A DNA stretch of 64,000 nt, taken from IMG/VR virus record IMGVR_UViG_2654587976_000001, positions 64,871 through 128,870 of that record; one strand, 5' to 3'. This document shows positions 51,323-61,761 of the stretch, one piece after another. Under the pieces are notes generated by a model. The model was given only the letters and a program-made list of their open reading frames with translations, was not told the origin of the DNA and made no database searches. The stretch comes from a virus (lineage: Duplodnaviria > Caudoviricetes). The first letter of the stretch is position 1, and every line of letters begins with the position of its first letter. The position numbers were made by a program, and so were the translations under genes.

Positions 51323-51751
51323 ATGCAAATTAAAATCAAATACTTAGATGAGACACAAACAAGAATCAACAAAATTGATCAAGGGGATTGGATTGATCTG
51401 CGGGCAGCTCAAGATGTAGTAATCAAAAAGGATGAATTCAAACTTATCCCATTAGGAGTAGCAATGGAGCTACCAGAAGGGTATGAAGCTCATGTCGTTC
51501 CTCGTTCAAGTACATTTAAAAACTTTGGCATCATTGAGACAAACTCAATGGGCGTTATTGATGAGTCATACAAGGGAGACAATGATTTCTGGTTCTTTCC
51601 GGCTTATGCGTTACGGGATACAGAAATTAAAAAAGGGGATCGTATCTGTCAGTTCAGAATTATGAAGAAGATGCCTGAAGTTGAATTGATCGAGGTAGAT
51701 CATTTAGGCAACGATGACCGAGGCGGTCACGGATCGACTGGAACTAAGTAA
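51323..51751 (+). CDS. dut: Trimeric dUTPase
   Basis: [18 protein letters not shown] and RGGHGSTG motifs. Confidence 0.96.
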   Translation: MQIKIKYLDETQTRINKIDQGDWIDLRAAQDVVIKKDEFKLIPLGVAMELPEGYEAHVVPRSSTFKNFGIIETNSMGVIDESYKGDNDFWFFPAYALRDTEIKKGDRICQFRIMKKMPEVELIEVDHLGNDDRGGHGSTGTK

Positions 51752-51851
51752 TACAAAACAAGTCCTGACTGAGGTCTTAATGATGTGTGTCTATCCAGTG
51801 GAGGGTCGTAGTCAGGACTCTTATTAAAGTGCCTTGTTCTTAAGAATTTAA

Positions 51852-52286
51852 TTAAGCTTTTGCTTCTTGTTTGGCATTATCGCAATACAATTGGTAAAGC
51901 TCTGAATCATCCCAGCCATTAAAGTCTTTTTGCTCAGGAATATATGCAGCAATATTAAGTTGCTGGCCTTTATTGGTATAGTCTGATGTAAATTCATCCA
52001 CCTCCGTATAAATAATGACCTTCTTAAATGGAGAAGTTGGTGAGATTGCATTTTTAATTACTTCTAAAATCCTGCTAACACCAGTTTTATTTGGTTGAAG
52101 TGTTTCTTTTAGCAACGAAACAACTTCTTCAATGCAGTTGATGGCAGATGTGCTTTTATGTTTTAAGTTGTCATAAACATGAAGAATTTCCTTGTCCATT
52201 TCATATGTGTAGGTAAATGCACTCTTGCTATGGAAACCTACATTTTTAATAGAACCTTGAATAATAGGATATTGAGTAATGCTCAT
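51852..52286 (-). CDS. Hypothetical protein, counter-oriented
   Basis: 144-aa ORF with AGGTGG RBS. Confidence 0.7.
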   Translation of the reverse strand: MSITQYPIIQGSIKNVGFHSKSAFTYTYEMDKEILHVYDNLKHKSTSAINCIEEVVSLLKETLQPNKTGVSRILEVIKNAISPTSPFKKVIIYTEVDEFTSDYTNKGQQLNIAAYIPEQKDFNGWDDSELYQLYCDNAKQEAKA

Positions 52287-52405
52287 TAAATATTACCACC
52301 TTTTCGTATATTGAGAATTTTGAGACAAGTATATTATACCAGTAATCAGGAAAAAGGACTAAATAAAAGAAGACTTTTATCTAAACAATAAGGAGGAAAA
52401 AGACG

Positions 52406-52606
52406 ATAAACAATAACAATTATAAAGATTTGCAAGCAAAATATGACGACATGCTCTTCAGGAATGGTCTGTGTTTAGGATTTATTCAAAAACATGGGCT
52501 TGAAGATGTGTTTTTGGAGCATATGAAACAAGTTGCAGCTTATGAAGAAGACCAAAGGTATAGAGTTGCAGCAGTTAATTTTTTGAGTTTATTAGAATCA
52601 AATTAA
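52406..52606 (+). CDS. 66-aa ORF with apparent ATA start
   Basis: AAGGAGG, 9 nt, ATA; open to TAA at 52606. Confidence 0.5.
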   Translation: MNNNNYKDLQAKYDDMLFRNGLCLGFIQKHGLEDVFLEHMKQVAAYEEDQRYRVAAVNFLSLLESN

Positions 52607-52620
52607 AACAAAAAGGAGAT

Positions 52621-52935
52621 TTGAAAATGAAAATTTCAATTAAAACAAGGCTAAATCCGACTGATCAATATAAGGTTGACGACTTTATTAATGCATTTAA
52701 GAACTTGCCGCCAGAAATAAGAATTCAGCTTTCTATGGACAACGGGAACAGTTGGCTGTTAGAACAAGTGTCAGTGAAAACAGAAAGAATCCTTCTTGAT
52801 TGTTTACAAGAAGAAATTAAAAATATTGATAATCACCCTCTTTATTCTCATGCCACTTCATTAGGGCAAACTGTATTCCACAATACTCATAAAATTGCCG
52901 ATGTTTTCAAAGAGTATGTGAAGAAATATGAATAA
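52621..52935 (+). CDS. Hypothetical protein
   Basis: ORF with RBS. Confidence 0.65.
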   Translation: MKMKISIKTRLNPTDQYKVDDFINAFKNLPPEIRIQLSMDNGNSWLLEQVSVKTERILLDCLQEEIKNIDNHPLYSHATSLGQTVFHNTHKIADVFKEYVKKYE

Positions 52936-53227
52936 TCACATAAAGAAAATAAAAAACCATCTAAAAGAAATAGACAACCTTAAAAATGGCCTAAAATTAT
53001 TCAGTGAAGATGAAGAAGAATACATAAGCTTATTAGCTAAGATTCAACATCAGTTTGATTTAATTTCAGATGAATCAATGGAAGGGTTTAAAGAATTAAC
53101 TTTACATATAAGAAATACAGGTCAGAAAAGAATACAACGAGGAATTGCCCAGCTACCTCATACAATCAAAGAAAGTGTAAGTGAAGAAATCAAAGACATG
53201 AAGAGAGCCGGAGAGTTGTTTGATTAG
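52928..53227 (+). CDS. Hypothetical protein (YosV-like)
   Basis: 99-aa ORF. Confidence 0.65.
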   Translation: MNNHIKKIKNHLKEIDNLKNGLKLFSEDEEEYISLLAKIQHQFDLISDESMEGFKELTLHIRNTGQKRIQRGIAQLPHTIKESVSEEIKDMKRAGELFD

Positions 53228-53273
53228 TTATAATTATTTATAGGATAAAAATAAAATAAGGAGATGTATTAGG

Positions 53274-53684
53274 ATTACATACTTTACGTTATTACTTGCA
53301 GCATACTTATTTGCACTAAACATTAATGAAATTAGATTAATTACTCGAGGGAAACAGAACGTATACGCTAAAGTCACACGTTTGCTTTCTAACTCACCGT
53401 ATAAAGAACTGAAGAAGAATAAGAACTTAGTGTATGTCATGACATTGTTCAAGGGGATTTCGTTCATCATCCCCTTGGCTACTATTGGACTGATTACACA
53501 TGGAGACTTGCTAATGTTAGCTTGGACAGCTTTTGCTTTAATTTATACCGGTTTAACGATGTTTAAAATTCTTGATGTTTTGGAAGGTGACTCAAACAAT
53601 AAGCAAAACAAGTTCGTGTATATGCTGTTTGTTTGCGGTAATATTGTCTTCGTGGTTAACTTTATTATCAGTTGGTTTCAATAA
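53274..53684 (+). CDS. Membrane protein, start uncertain (ATT 53274 or TTG 53382)
   Basis: Hydrophobic ORF; frame open upstream to an AAGGAG. Confidence 0.6.
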   Translation: MTYFTLLLAAYLFALNINEIRLITRGKQNVYAKVTRLLSNSPYKELKKNKNLVYVMTLFKGISFIIPLATIGLITHGDLLMLAWTAFALIYTGLTMFKILDVLEGDSNNKQNKFVYMLFVCGNIVFVVNFIISWFQ

Positions 53685-53698
53685 AGGAGAATGGAAAT

Positions 53699-54538
53699 AT
53701 GACTCAATTTGATAAGCAGTACAACACAATCATAAATGACATTATTAATAATGGGATATCAGATGAAGAACTCAATGTCAGAACCAAATGGGACACTGAT
53801 GGAACACCAGCACATACATTAAGTGTAATCAGTAAGCAAATGCGTTTTGATAATTCCGAAGTGCCAATTTTAACGACTAAAAAAGTCGCCTGGAAAACGG
53901 CGATCAAGGAATTACTTTGGATCTGGCAGCTTAAATCAAACAATGTTAACGAATTAAACAAGATGGGCGTGCATATCTGGGATCAATGGAAACAAGAAGA
54001 CGGTACGATCGGCAATGCCTATGGCTATCAGCTTGGTAAGAAGAACAGAATACTAAACGGTGAAAAGGTTGATCAGGTTGATTATCTTCTTCATCAGTTG
54101 AAAAATAATCCATCATCACGCAGACATATTACAACGCTTTGGAATCCTGATGAATTAGACTCGATGGCATTGACTCCCTGTGTCTATGGTACTCAATGGC
54201 TTGTAAAAGGCGGGAAGTTGCATTTAGAAGTTTTCTGTCGCAGTAATGATCTCGCACTCGGGAATCCGTTTAATGTGTTTCAGTACAATGTATTGCAGCG
54301 TATGATTGCTCAAGTTACTGGCTATGAGCTAGGTGAGTATATCTTCAATATTGGAGACTGTCACGTGTACACTCGTCATATAGACAATTTAAAAATTCAA
54401 ATGGACAGAGAGCAGTATGAAGCACCTGAGTTATGGATTAATCCAGATGTAAAGGACTTCTGTGATTTCACAATTGACGATTTCAAGCTGATTAATTATA
54501 AGCATGGAGACAAGCTTTACTTTGAGGTAGCAGTATAA
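53699..54538 (+). CDS. thyA: Thymidylate synthase (ThyA/thyP3 type)
   Basis: PILTTKK, MALTPCV, RSNDLALGNPFN, GDCHVY. Confidence 0.97.
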   Translation: MTQFDKQYNTIINDIINNGISDEELNVRTKWDTDGTPAHTLSVISKQMRFDNSEVPILTTKKVAWKTAIKELLWIWQLKSNNVNELNKMGVHIWDQWKQEDGTIGNAYGYQLGKKNRILNGEKVDQVDYLLHQLKNNPSSRRHITTLWNPDELDSMALTPCVYGTQWLVKGGKLHLEVFCRSNDLALGNPFNVFQYNVLQRMIAQVTGYELGEYIFNIGDCHVYTRHIDNLKIQMDREQYEAPELWINPDVKDFCDFTIDDFKLINYKHGDKLYFEVAV

Positions 54539-55044
54539 TGCTATCTCTTATTGCTTGCTGCGACAAATCAATGGCCATTGGATATGAAAATAATTTGCTT
54601 TACCATATTCCTGAAGACATGAAACGTTTTAAAGAACTCACTACAGGAAAGTTGTGTATACAGGGAAGGCTTACATACGAATCAATCGTAAACATTACAG
54701 GAAAACCACTTCAAAACAGAAGGAATATCATATTAACCAAAAACAAGGATTTCAAGCCTGATCACTCTTCGTTCGTTTATCATTCAATTGACGGTGTGTT
54801 GAAGCTTATACGAGGACAATTGGATAAAGATGAAGAAGTAATGGTCATTGGAGGAGGCGTTATTTACGAGGCATTCTTACCACATGCTGATAAGGTTTAT
54901 TTGACGATTGTTGATTCAGTTGCTGAGAAGGCAGATTCATATTTTCCAAGGTTAAATGACGATTGGAGAGTAATTGAAAAGGATCATAGAAAAGCAGAAA
55001 ACAATACCACATATAATTATTCATTTGTGACTTACTCAAAATAA
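54538..55044 (+). CDS. dfrA: Dihydrofolate reductase
   Basis: IGYENNL, EDMKRFKELT, GRLTYES, VIGGG. Confidence 0.95.
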   Translation: MLSLIACCDKSMAIGYENNLLYHIPEDMKRFKELTTGKLCIQGRLTYESIVNITGKPLQNRRNIILTKNKDFKPDHSSFVYHSIDGVLKLIRGQLDKDEEVMVIGGGVIYEAFLPHADKVYLTIVDSVAEKADSYFPRLNDDWRVIEKDHRKAENNTTYNYSFVTYSK

Positions 55045-55047
55045 TTA

Positions 55048-55127
55048 AGAATAAAAATAAAATAGTTATAGACTTTTGAGAGGCTGAATGATAAGATAAA
55101 GACAAGTTAAAAGCTTGTCTTTTTTTT
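55048..55127 (+). promoter_or_regulatory. TAAAAATAAAATA element, SigA-like promoter and adjacent terminator
   Basis: TAGACT-17-TAAGAT (55069-55097); AAAGACAAG/CTTGTCTTT hairpin with T-run 55098-55127. Confidence 0.6.
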
Positions 55128-55172
55128 ACATACTTTTAGAATAAAAATAAAATAATAAATAGGAGTGACGTT

Positions 55173-55538
55173 ATGAAAACTGCAAAAGATTATCTTGTTT
55201 CCATTTCCAAACCTCTTGTTGCAATTGAGGAGACTAAACAACGACTTCAAAATGAAATTGATAACCTTTATAAAGAGCTGGGGAAAGTTGATAAAGAGCT
55301 CAATGAATTTTATCACAAGTTGGAAGAGGACAAATTTAATGCTTCAGAGGGATATCACCTTTCGTTAAAAGGTCAAAAGATATTGAGAAAGCGAAGAAGC
55401 CTAAAACAAGAGCTCCAATTACTGAACACGCTTTTCTGCAGCTTAAACAATAACGGATGGACTCTTGAATCACTAAAAATTGCAGAGTATAAAATTAGCA
55501 AAAAGAAAAACAAGCATTTACAGTATGAATCAGTTTAA
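55173..55538 (+). CDS. Coiled-coil hypothetical protein
   Basis: 121-aa ORF with RBS. Confidence 0.7.
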   Translation: MKTAKDYLVSISKPLVAIEETKQRLQNEIDNLYKELGKVDKELNEFYHKLEEDKFNASEGYHLSLKGQKILRKRRSLKQELQLLNTLFCSLNNNGWTLESLKIAEYKISKKKNKHLQYESV

Positions 55539-55597
55539 AACCATAATCCACATTCACATTGTGAATACATATTTAATCCTTATAAGGAGGTGACGGA

Positions 55598-55954
55598 TTG
55601 CAGCAAAAAGAGCGAGAATTGTTGTCAAAGAAAGAACAGCTTGAAGTTGATGTTTTAGAAAAGGAAGTAGCTTTACTCCGGCTAGAAGTGGAACAAGAAG
55701 ATTCCAATCTCCACAAAATTGGGGAGATCGGTGTACTCAAAGATTTTCTTTTATACATAAAGAAATACAGAGCAATGATTACTGTGCAGCAAGCAGAAGA
55801 AATTAGAAATATGGATGACCGAATGAAAGAAATTATCAAAGTCCATAATGAACGAGTTATGGTTGATGAAGCAGCTTTAGAGGGGTTTATTGAGGAAATT
55901 GAGGATCAAATTAATTTAATTGTAAGTGGAGGAGATAAGGAATGGAAAGCGTGA
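55598..55954 (+). CDS. YosX-like protein
   Basis: 118 aa with AGGAGG RBS. Confidence 0.7.
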   Translation: MQQKERELLSKKEQLEVDVLEKEVALLRLEVEQEDSNLHKIGEIGVLKDFLLYIKKYRAMITVQQAEEIRNMDDRMKEIIKVHNERVMVDEAALEGFIEEIEDQINLIVSGGDKEWKA

Positions 55955-56661
55955 ATCAAACGGCTATTGATAGTGCGAGCACAGTATTCGAAAAGGTAGG
56001 CGAGGATTATATCGGAAGCAAGTCGAGGTTCGGCGATATTCTAATCGGGGCGCCATATTCGGAAGCATTCGTAAAAGCCTACGCAAACGAACGAAAAGAT
56101 GTCCTCGTGATTCCGCAGACAATTGAATATACTGCGTTTCTCCACAACGAGGAAATGAAGAAAGTCGCTACACACGGTCAGGCTCCGATTGTAAGCGCCC
56201 AAGCCCGCCGTGATGAAATCGTTGAGCAGGCGAAGGCGGACGTTGAGCGACTTAAGGAGAATAACAGACGTTGGAGGGCGTTCAACATTTCGTTAAAGAT
56301 TAACCGAAATGGGCGATCCGTTGAGGCTGTCGCAAAGAAGCCGAATAGTAGAACGGCGTTTTATGGAATCGCCAAAGCCGTCCCGTCCGACTGTTTCAAC
56401 GTTCATATCGGAAAGGCGATTGCGTTAAGACGTGCGTTGGGATTGAAGGTGCCAGACGAATACTTGAACGTTCCGCAGCCGACTGAGGTTCGTGTAGGCG
56501 ATGTTATAGAAGTTACATTAGATAGCGGAGAAATAGAGAAAAAGCCCGTTGTTTCTTTAAAAGCAGGAAGTCTAAATGCGCATTTGCCGGGAAGGATTAT
56601 ACAGTACCCATCGCATTATGCAAAAATCATCAACGACTCACGTGAAGAGGTGGGCGAATGA
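55942..56661 (+). CDS. Hypothetical phage protein, GC-richer than neighbours
   Basis: 239-aa ORF. Confidence 0.7.
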   Translation: MESVNQTAIDSASTVFEKVGEDYIGSKSRFGDILIGAPYSEAFVKAYANERKDVLVIPQTIEYTAFLHNEEMKKVATHGQAPIVSAQARRDEIVEQAKADVERLKENNRRWRAFNISLKINRNGRSVEAVAKKPNSRTAFYGIAKAVPSDCFNVHIGKAIALRRALGLKVPDEYLNVPQPTEVRVGDVIEVTLDSGEIEKKPVVSLKAGSLNAHLPGRIIQYPSHYAKIINDSREEVGE

Positions 56662-57041
56662 AAGGGTTTGAGTTTAATAATGAGCGCATTAAGGAGAGTG
56701 CCCAGAAACTTGCGATTAAAATGCGACATGATGATCCTGGTGCAAAGGGCAGTCTTTACATCATAAACGAGGATGGAACTGACAGAGAAATCTCTGCTGA
56801 GGATCTATTCACGGAACCAATGACTGAGGAAGTCAAACAACTACGTTGTACAGTGGCGGATTTGATTGGCGAGAATGAGCGGTTGAAGGCGTCTTTTAAG
56901 GAAATTGCGGAGCTCGCTGATAACTTTTATGTAGAGGACAATTCGGTTACTAACGGTACTTATATTATAAAACCAGATATCGTGCAGTATTCAAATACGG
57001 TATATCTTATTCAAACAATTGCAAAGGGGGCACTGAAATGA
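56658..57041 (+). CDS. Hypothetical protein
   Basis: 127-aa ORF. Confidence 0.65.
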   Translation: MKGFEFNNERIKESAQKLAIKMRHDDPGAKGSLYIINEDGTDREISAEDLFTEPMTEEVKQLRCTVADLIGENERLKASFKEIAELADNFYVEDNSVTNGTYIIKPDIVQYSNTVYLIQTIAKGALK

Positions 57042-57216
57042 AGCCGACAATCACGGAGGAACAGCAGGAAAGAGTGCGGTGGTATTATGACAGGCTATGG
57101 AGGGGTTTTTGCAATACTAACGTTCAGCACGAAGAGGCTACGTTTACTTCTGAAAGAATAGGCATTGAAAATACTCTTAATATTCTTGAAATCAAAACAG
57201 AAGGAGTGAATGCTTA

Positions 57217-57591
57217 GTGAATGAAAAACTAACGCAAGATCAACTCGAAGCAATCCGGAAGCGTTCGACACAAGCGACAGGCGGTAAATGGGTCGCAGAG
57301 GCAAACGACGGACTGATGGATCACCGAACTAACTATCGTGTCTTCTCGGATATTGAAACGGAATATAGCGAGGTTACATTCCTCATTCATAAATTGGAGA
57401 ACAAAGAGGACGCGGACTTCATCGCAAACGCGCATCAAGATATTCCTAAGCTTCTTGATCACATTACTTTTCTAAACGAAGTAATATCGAGCTGCCGATG
57501 CACTGAATGTGGTGATGAATTAGGGGGAAATTGGGCAACTAACAGCGGAGTACCGTTTTGCAATTGCTGTGCTGGATTTAATTCTTTATGA
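57217..57591 (+). CDS. Hypothetical phage protein
   Basis: LEAIRKR...ATGGKW...DADFIANAHQDIPKLL; C-terminal Cys pairs. Confidence 0.7.
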   Translation: MNEKLTQDQLEAIRKRSTQATGGKWVAEANDGLMDHRTNYRVFSDIETEYSEVTFLIHKLENKEDADFIANAHQDIPKLLDHITFLNEVISSCRCTECGDELGGNWATNSGVPFCNCCAGFNSL

Positions 57592-57623
57592 AATCTGTAT
57601 TTTAAAGAGAAGGATGGTGAGCT

Positions 57624-57902
57624 ATGGAGAAAATTAATGGCAGGTATCGGATTAAAATACCTTGTCCAAAGGGAATTTCAGGATGTGCTGTTTGTCATTA
57701 TTTGTGGATAGACGAAGAAGCGTATGACCAGATTTTCGATTGTTATTATGATTATTATGCTAAAAAACCAGACCCAACATCTGTTGTTCAAATACATAAA
57801 CACCTGCCGAAAGATATTCATTTGTTAGCAAAAGAATGGGGATGGAATGACACAGAGGTCAGAGAAAAAATTTATAAATGGCTGAGAGAAGAAATGATCT
57901 AG
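57624..57902 (+). CDS. Hypothetical protein
   Basis: 92-aa ORF. Confidence 0.65.
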   Translation: MEKINGRYRIKIPCPKGISGCAVCHYLWIDEEAYDQIFDCYYDYYAKKPDPTSVVQIHKHLPKDIHLLAKEWGWNDTEVREKIYKWLREEMI

Positions 57903-57956
57903 GTGGTCGGGTTTGGGAAAGGAGTATAAAAATAGAGGGGATTAACCCCTCATACA

Positions 57957-58016
57957 TTAATGAAATTGACCATTCATGCTTTGTTGAGCCAGGCGAACCA
58001 AACGTTTTGTAATCAT
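57957..58016 (-). pseudogene. sspC: 3' remnant of an alpha/beta-type SASP gene
   Basis: Reads ITKRLVRLAQQSMNGQFH*, like the SspC C-terminus; terminator hairpin GAGGGG-ATTAA-CCCCTC just downstream. Confidence 0.85.
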
Positions 58017-58033
58017 GAACAATAAACAAAGGA

Positions 58034-58978
58034 GTGAAATGTATAGGCATTATTAAAGAACAAAAGGTTGAGGTCAGCTGGAATCCTATGACATCGAGAC
58101 ACTATCAAACACTAGGATATGAATTTACCTTTTGGAGGGATAAATTTCATGTGCCATATTATCATTTACCACTTACTTCTGAAAAAATGGTTTTAGTTTC
58201 TTGTGACAAAGAGAAATGCACAAATGTTAAGTCAGTTAAATATAATGAATTTAACCGGTTGTACAAAAATAAAAAATATGAATGTAAAAAACATAGCCAT
58301 TCTTATTATGAGGATAAAGCGAGGGAAAGAGGGTTTATTTTAACATCAGAATACAAAGGTGTAAAAGGTAAAGTTGATTTGATCTGTTTAAAGAATGGTC
58401 ATAAATCAACAAAATTGTGGTCTCAAATTAATAATGGATCTAAATGTTTAAAATGTCATCAGGAAAGCCTGAAATTGAGCATTGATTATATTAAAGAAGA
58501 ATTCTTAAAGAAAAACTTATTGCTTTTATCAAATGAATACGCCAACGAAAAGAGCAAGTTAGCTTTTAAATGTAAGAATGGACACTATGGAGAAATTGCG
58601 TGGAACTATTTTCAACAAGGAGGTGGATGCCAGCAGTGCTATAGGAAGAGTCGTTTTAGAGAAGGTAATCCGAGGTGGAATAAGAATAAAACTGATACTC
58701 AGAGGATAAATGACAGAAAGTATCGTGAATATTTACAGTGGAGAAAGAAAGTTCTACAGAGGGATGATTACACATGTCAAAAATGCTGGCTTAAAAAGAA
58801 AAAATATTTAACTGCTCACCATATCTATAATTATATGGAGCATAAAGATATTCGACTAGAAGTTGATAACGGGTTGACCTTGTGTGATTCTTGCCATGAA
58901 CATTTTCATAATACATATGGATACACTAACAACAATTATATGCAACTGTTTATGTACTTAAACAAAGAAGGGGGATAA
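58034..58978 (+). CDS. Free-standing HNH endonuclease with zinc-ribbon repeats
   Basis: [16 protein letters not shown]...AHH...[14 protein letters not shown]. Confidence 0.88.
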   Translation: MKCIGIIKEQKVEVSWNPMTSRHYQTLGYEFTFWRDKFHVPYYHLPLTSEKMVLVSCDKEKCTNVKSVKYNEFNRLYKNKKYECKKHSHSYYEDKARERGFILTSEYKGVKGKVDLICLKNGHKSTKLWSQINNGSKCLKCHQESLKLSIDYIKEEFLKKNLLLLSNEYANEKSKLAFKCKNGHYGEIAWNYFQQGGGCQQCYRKSRFREGNPRWNKNKTDTQRINDRKYREYLQWRKKVLQRDDYTCQKCWLKKKKYLTAHHIYNYMEHKDIRLEVDNGLTLCDSCHEHFHNTYGYTNNNYMQLFMYLNKEGG

Positions 58979-58979
58979 T

Positions 58980-59807
58980 ATGAAAATCGATTATGTTTCA
59001 GATCTTCATATTAATCACTGGATACCTTGGAACAATAACCAAATCAAATGGGAAAAGCGAACAAGGGAGATTATTAGAAGGTTAATATCGAATGGAAATG
59101 GTGAGGTATTAATAATTGCCGGTGATTTTACTGAGTGGAATCAACAGACACTGTGGGTACTTGATGAAGTAGCAAAGCAGTATGAAAAGGTTTACTTCAC
59201 ATATGGTAATCATGATCTTTATTTACTCAGTAAAAATCAGCAACGAAAATATTCCGATTCATTGGGAAGAGTGAAAGATTTAATTCAGAAGGCAGCAGAC
59301 ATCAATAATGTCACTCCATTAATAAAGTCTACGGATACATACAAAGGAAAAGTCTTTGCTGGAGATGTCATGTGGTATCTTCCAAAAGGAAATGAAGGAT
59401 GGGATTTCTTCAAAGGTGTCTCTAATGATTCAAACTATATCAGTCTTAATGGATACAGCAAAGAAGATGGAGTACGAGCAATGTGGAAAGAATCAATGGG
59501 ATGGTATGACACTCTTGAAAATGCACAAGTTGATGTATTTGTCTCACATGTTCCACCTGTTCACAATCCTTATTCTCCATTTGAGCCTAATACATGCTAC
59601 ATGGTTGATGTCCCGTTCATTAACGCAAAACATTGGGTTTGTGGCCATGATCATTTACAAGCTGAGTTTGACAAAGATGGAACGAGCTTTCACATGAACT
59701 GTATTGGATATCCGTATGACTATGATAATTATCCGAGTGTCAATGTGATACCTGGTGAAGAAGTAGATTCATATAAAACGTTTGAGCTTAAGACATTTGA
59801 GATTTAG
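58980..59807 (+). CDS. yotB: Calcineurin-like metallophosphoesterase
   Basis: SDLH, AGD, GNHD and GHDH motifs. Confidence 0.9.
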   Translation: MKIDYVSDLHINHWIPWNNNQIKWEKRTREIIRRLISNGNGEVLIIAGDFTEWNQQTLWVLDEVAKQYEKVYFTYGNHDLYLLSKNQQRKYSDSLGRVKDLIQKAADINNVTPLIKSTDTYKGKVFAGDVMWYLPKGNEGWDFFKGVSNDSNYISLNGYSKEDGVRAMWKESMGWYDTLENAQVDVFVSHVPPVHNPYSPFEPNTCYMVDVPFINAKHWVCGHDHLQAEFDKDGTSFHMNCIGYPYDYDNYPSVNVIPGEEVDSYKTFELKTFEI

Positions 59808-59849
59808 ATTCAGTTAAAATTCTAATTTTATTGAAAAGGGGAGATTAAA

Positions 59850-60209
59850 TTGAATAAGAGAGTAAAGAAGAAGATTCGAAATAGAGTTGAATCATGGATT
59901 ATTTATAAGAATCCTAATGGGTCATATAATTCATTGGGTGTAAACAAATTTGGAGAAGTACCCTCCCATGCACGCCCTTTGCATCCTGAATATGAAACAT
60001 TAGGAGAGGTCTTAAATTCATTCCCTAAAGGATTTAACTTTCCTTTGGTTGAGTTGACAAAAGAAGAAGAAAACATGTTGTTCTTTGATCATCATCCTAC
60101 AGAGTGCGGCTGCTGGCACACAGGAGATAGAGATACGTGGGGTATTTGGGGACAGAGGTATTTATTGAAAAAAGTATCGGATGGGTGTTGCGAATACGTC
60201 TCAAAATAA
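59850..60209 (+). CDS. Hypothetical protein
   Basis: 119-aa ORF bracketed by junction palindromes. Confidence 0.65.
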   Translation: MNKRVKKKIRNRVESWIIYKNPNGSYNSLGVNKFGEVPSHARPLHPEYETLGEVLNSFPKGFNFPLVELTKEEENMLFFDHHPTECGCWHTGDRDTWGIWGQRYLLKKVSDGCCEYVSK

Positions 60210-60250
60210 AATATTTATTTTCTGATTTTATCCAGAGAGGGGAAATGATA

Positions 60251-60490
60251 ATGGATTACACAAAACTGTTAGAAGAAAAGTACCCAATTAGCATTATTCA
60301 GTATGTAAGACAGAGAGAAGGTTTAGATAAGGAAGATGTCTCCATGGATAAAGAAATTCTAGAAATGACGAACTCAGAAGTGTTTAGAGATGTCCTAGCT
60401 TGGAATGGCCTTCTTGGAGGATGGGATTATACAATTAAAGATTGGATTAAGAGCATTTATGGAATCGATCTTGATGACTTTGAAAAGTGA
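60251..60490 (+). CDS. Hypothetical protein (YotJ-like)
   Basis: GAGGGG RBS before MDYTKLL. Confidence 0.65.
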   Translation: MDYTKLLEEKYPISIIQYVRQREGLDKEDVSMDKEILEMTNSEVFRDVLAWNGLLGGWDYTIKDWIKSIYGIDLDDFEK

Positions 60491-60655
60491 AACCATGCCA
60501 TATGGACAATGCGATAAATGTTATCAATATGGACATTTGCAAAGACACTCATACGGAATCTTTTATTGGTATTTTTGCAAAACATGCTATTTAACAGTAA
60601 CAACAAAAGTTTCTTCTTACTTTGGGACTTCATAAACTAGAAAGGAGAGGGTTAA

Positions 60656-60901
60656 GTGGATAATAAAAAGAGGGGCGTAATTCACTTATACAAATATGAC
60701 TTTGAAGATGGTAAATATGCTCTAAATATAGGCTGTGATGGGTCTGCCAACTTAGACATAAAGGCATTTAGAATAATGTTAAATCAATGCGTAGGACACC
60801 CCAATATGACACTATTTGATGATAAGTCTAAAAGAGATGAGAGGTATAAAAAAGCAAAAAGAATGCTTTTAGATGCAGGGTACACAATAGAAGAAAAATA
60901 G
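60656..60901 (+). CDS. Hypothetical protein
   Basis: 81-aa ORF with RBS. Confidence 0.6.
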   Translation: MDNKKRGVIHLYKYDFEDGKYALNIGCDGSANLDIKAFRIMLNQCVGHPNMTLFDDKSKRDERYKKAKRMLLDAGYTIEEK

Positions 60902-61329
60902 ACAAATCGTTTCTAATTTTATACGGAAGAGAGGGATTGATACTATGATTGGGAAAGCATTATACAATAATTTGTGGTTTGAAGTTGCAAATATCAACTT
61001 TGACACAGGGCATATCATAATTAAAAACGACAGTGAAAACTCGTTGGGTTTGAGAATAGGTAAAACACTAACACTTGACCTTGATTACGTCGATGATGTA
61101 AAAATTGGACTTCTGCTTTAAATGAATAAAATGTTGATTTCAATTAGAAAGGTGGAAACAGGTTGATTGTTGCAGCATGGATATTGTTCGTTGCATTTGG
61201 GTTTGTGTTGTTAGCAAGAATGGATGCCCAAGGGGATATTAAATTTGCAGTGTATATTGGTGTAATTAAATTTATTTCAGTATTTATTGTTGCAATTGCA
61301 GCAGGAGTGATTTGGGGAGGGTTATTTCA

Positions 61330-61761
61330 ATGAAGACTATCAAATTATATGAACTTGTATTAGAAGGCAAAAAACCGATTATTAAATTTAACGATAATGT
61401 ATATGAATGGATTGAAGAATCAGTCGATCCCATGATGATGGGGAAAATAGTTGGGGCATCAATTGAGCATGATGAGATTAAATTTTTATTAGATTTGAAT
61501 CCTTTTGAAGCATACAATCGAAGCGTTGCGCGGCATGATTGGAGAGATGATGAAGGGAATTGTGTTTTAACATGGTTTGACACTTCTTTTTATCCGAAAA
61601 ACGGAATTGAAGCTATTTACTTACCAATTAATGAAAGAACAGAAATTGCGTTTGATTTTACAGAAGAAGATTCTTTATTAAATGAATATGCAAAAGTCCC
61701 TCCAGAAATTTCATATGTTGAATGGCTAGAAAATGAAGTTAAGCAATTAAGATCTAAATAA
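61330..61761 (+). CDS. Hypothetical protein (YotI-like)
   Basis: GGAGG RBS before MKTIKLYE. Confidence 0.7.
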   Translation: MKTIKLYELVLEGKKPIIKFNDNVYEWIEESVDPMMMGKIVGASIEHDEIKFLLDLNPFEAYNRSVARHDWRDDEGNCVLTWFDTSFYPKNGIEAIYLPINERTEIAFDFTEEDSLLNEYAKVPPEISYVEWLENEVKQLRSK

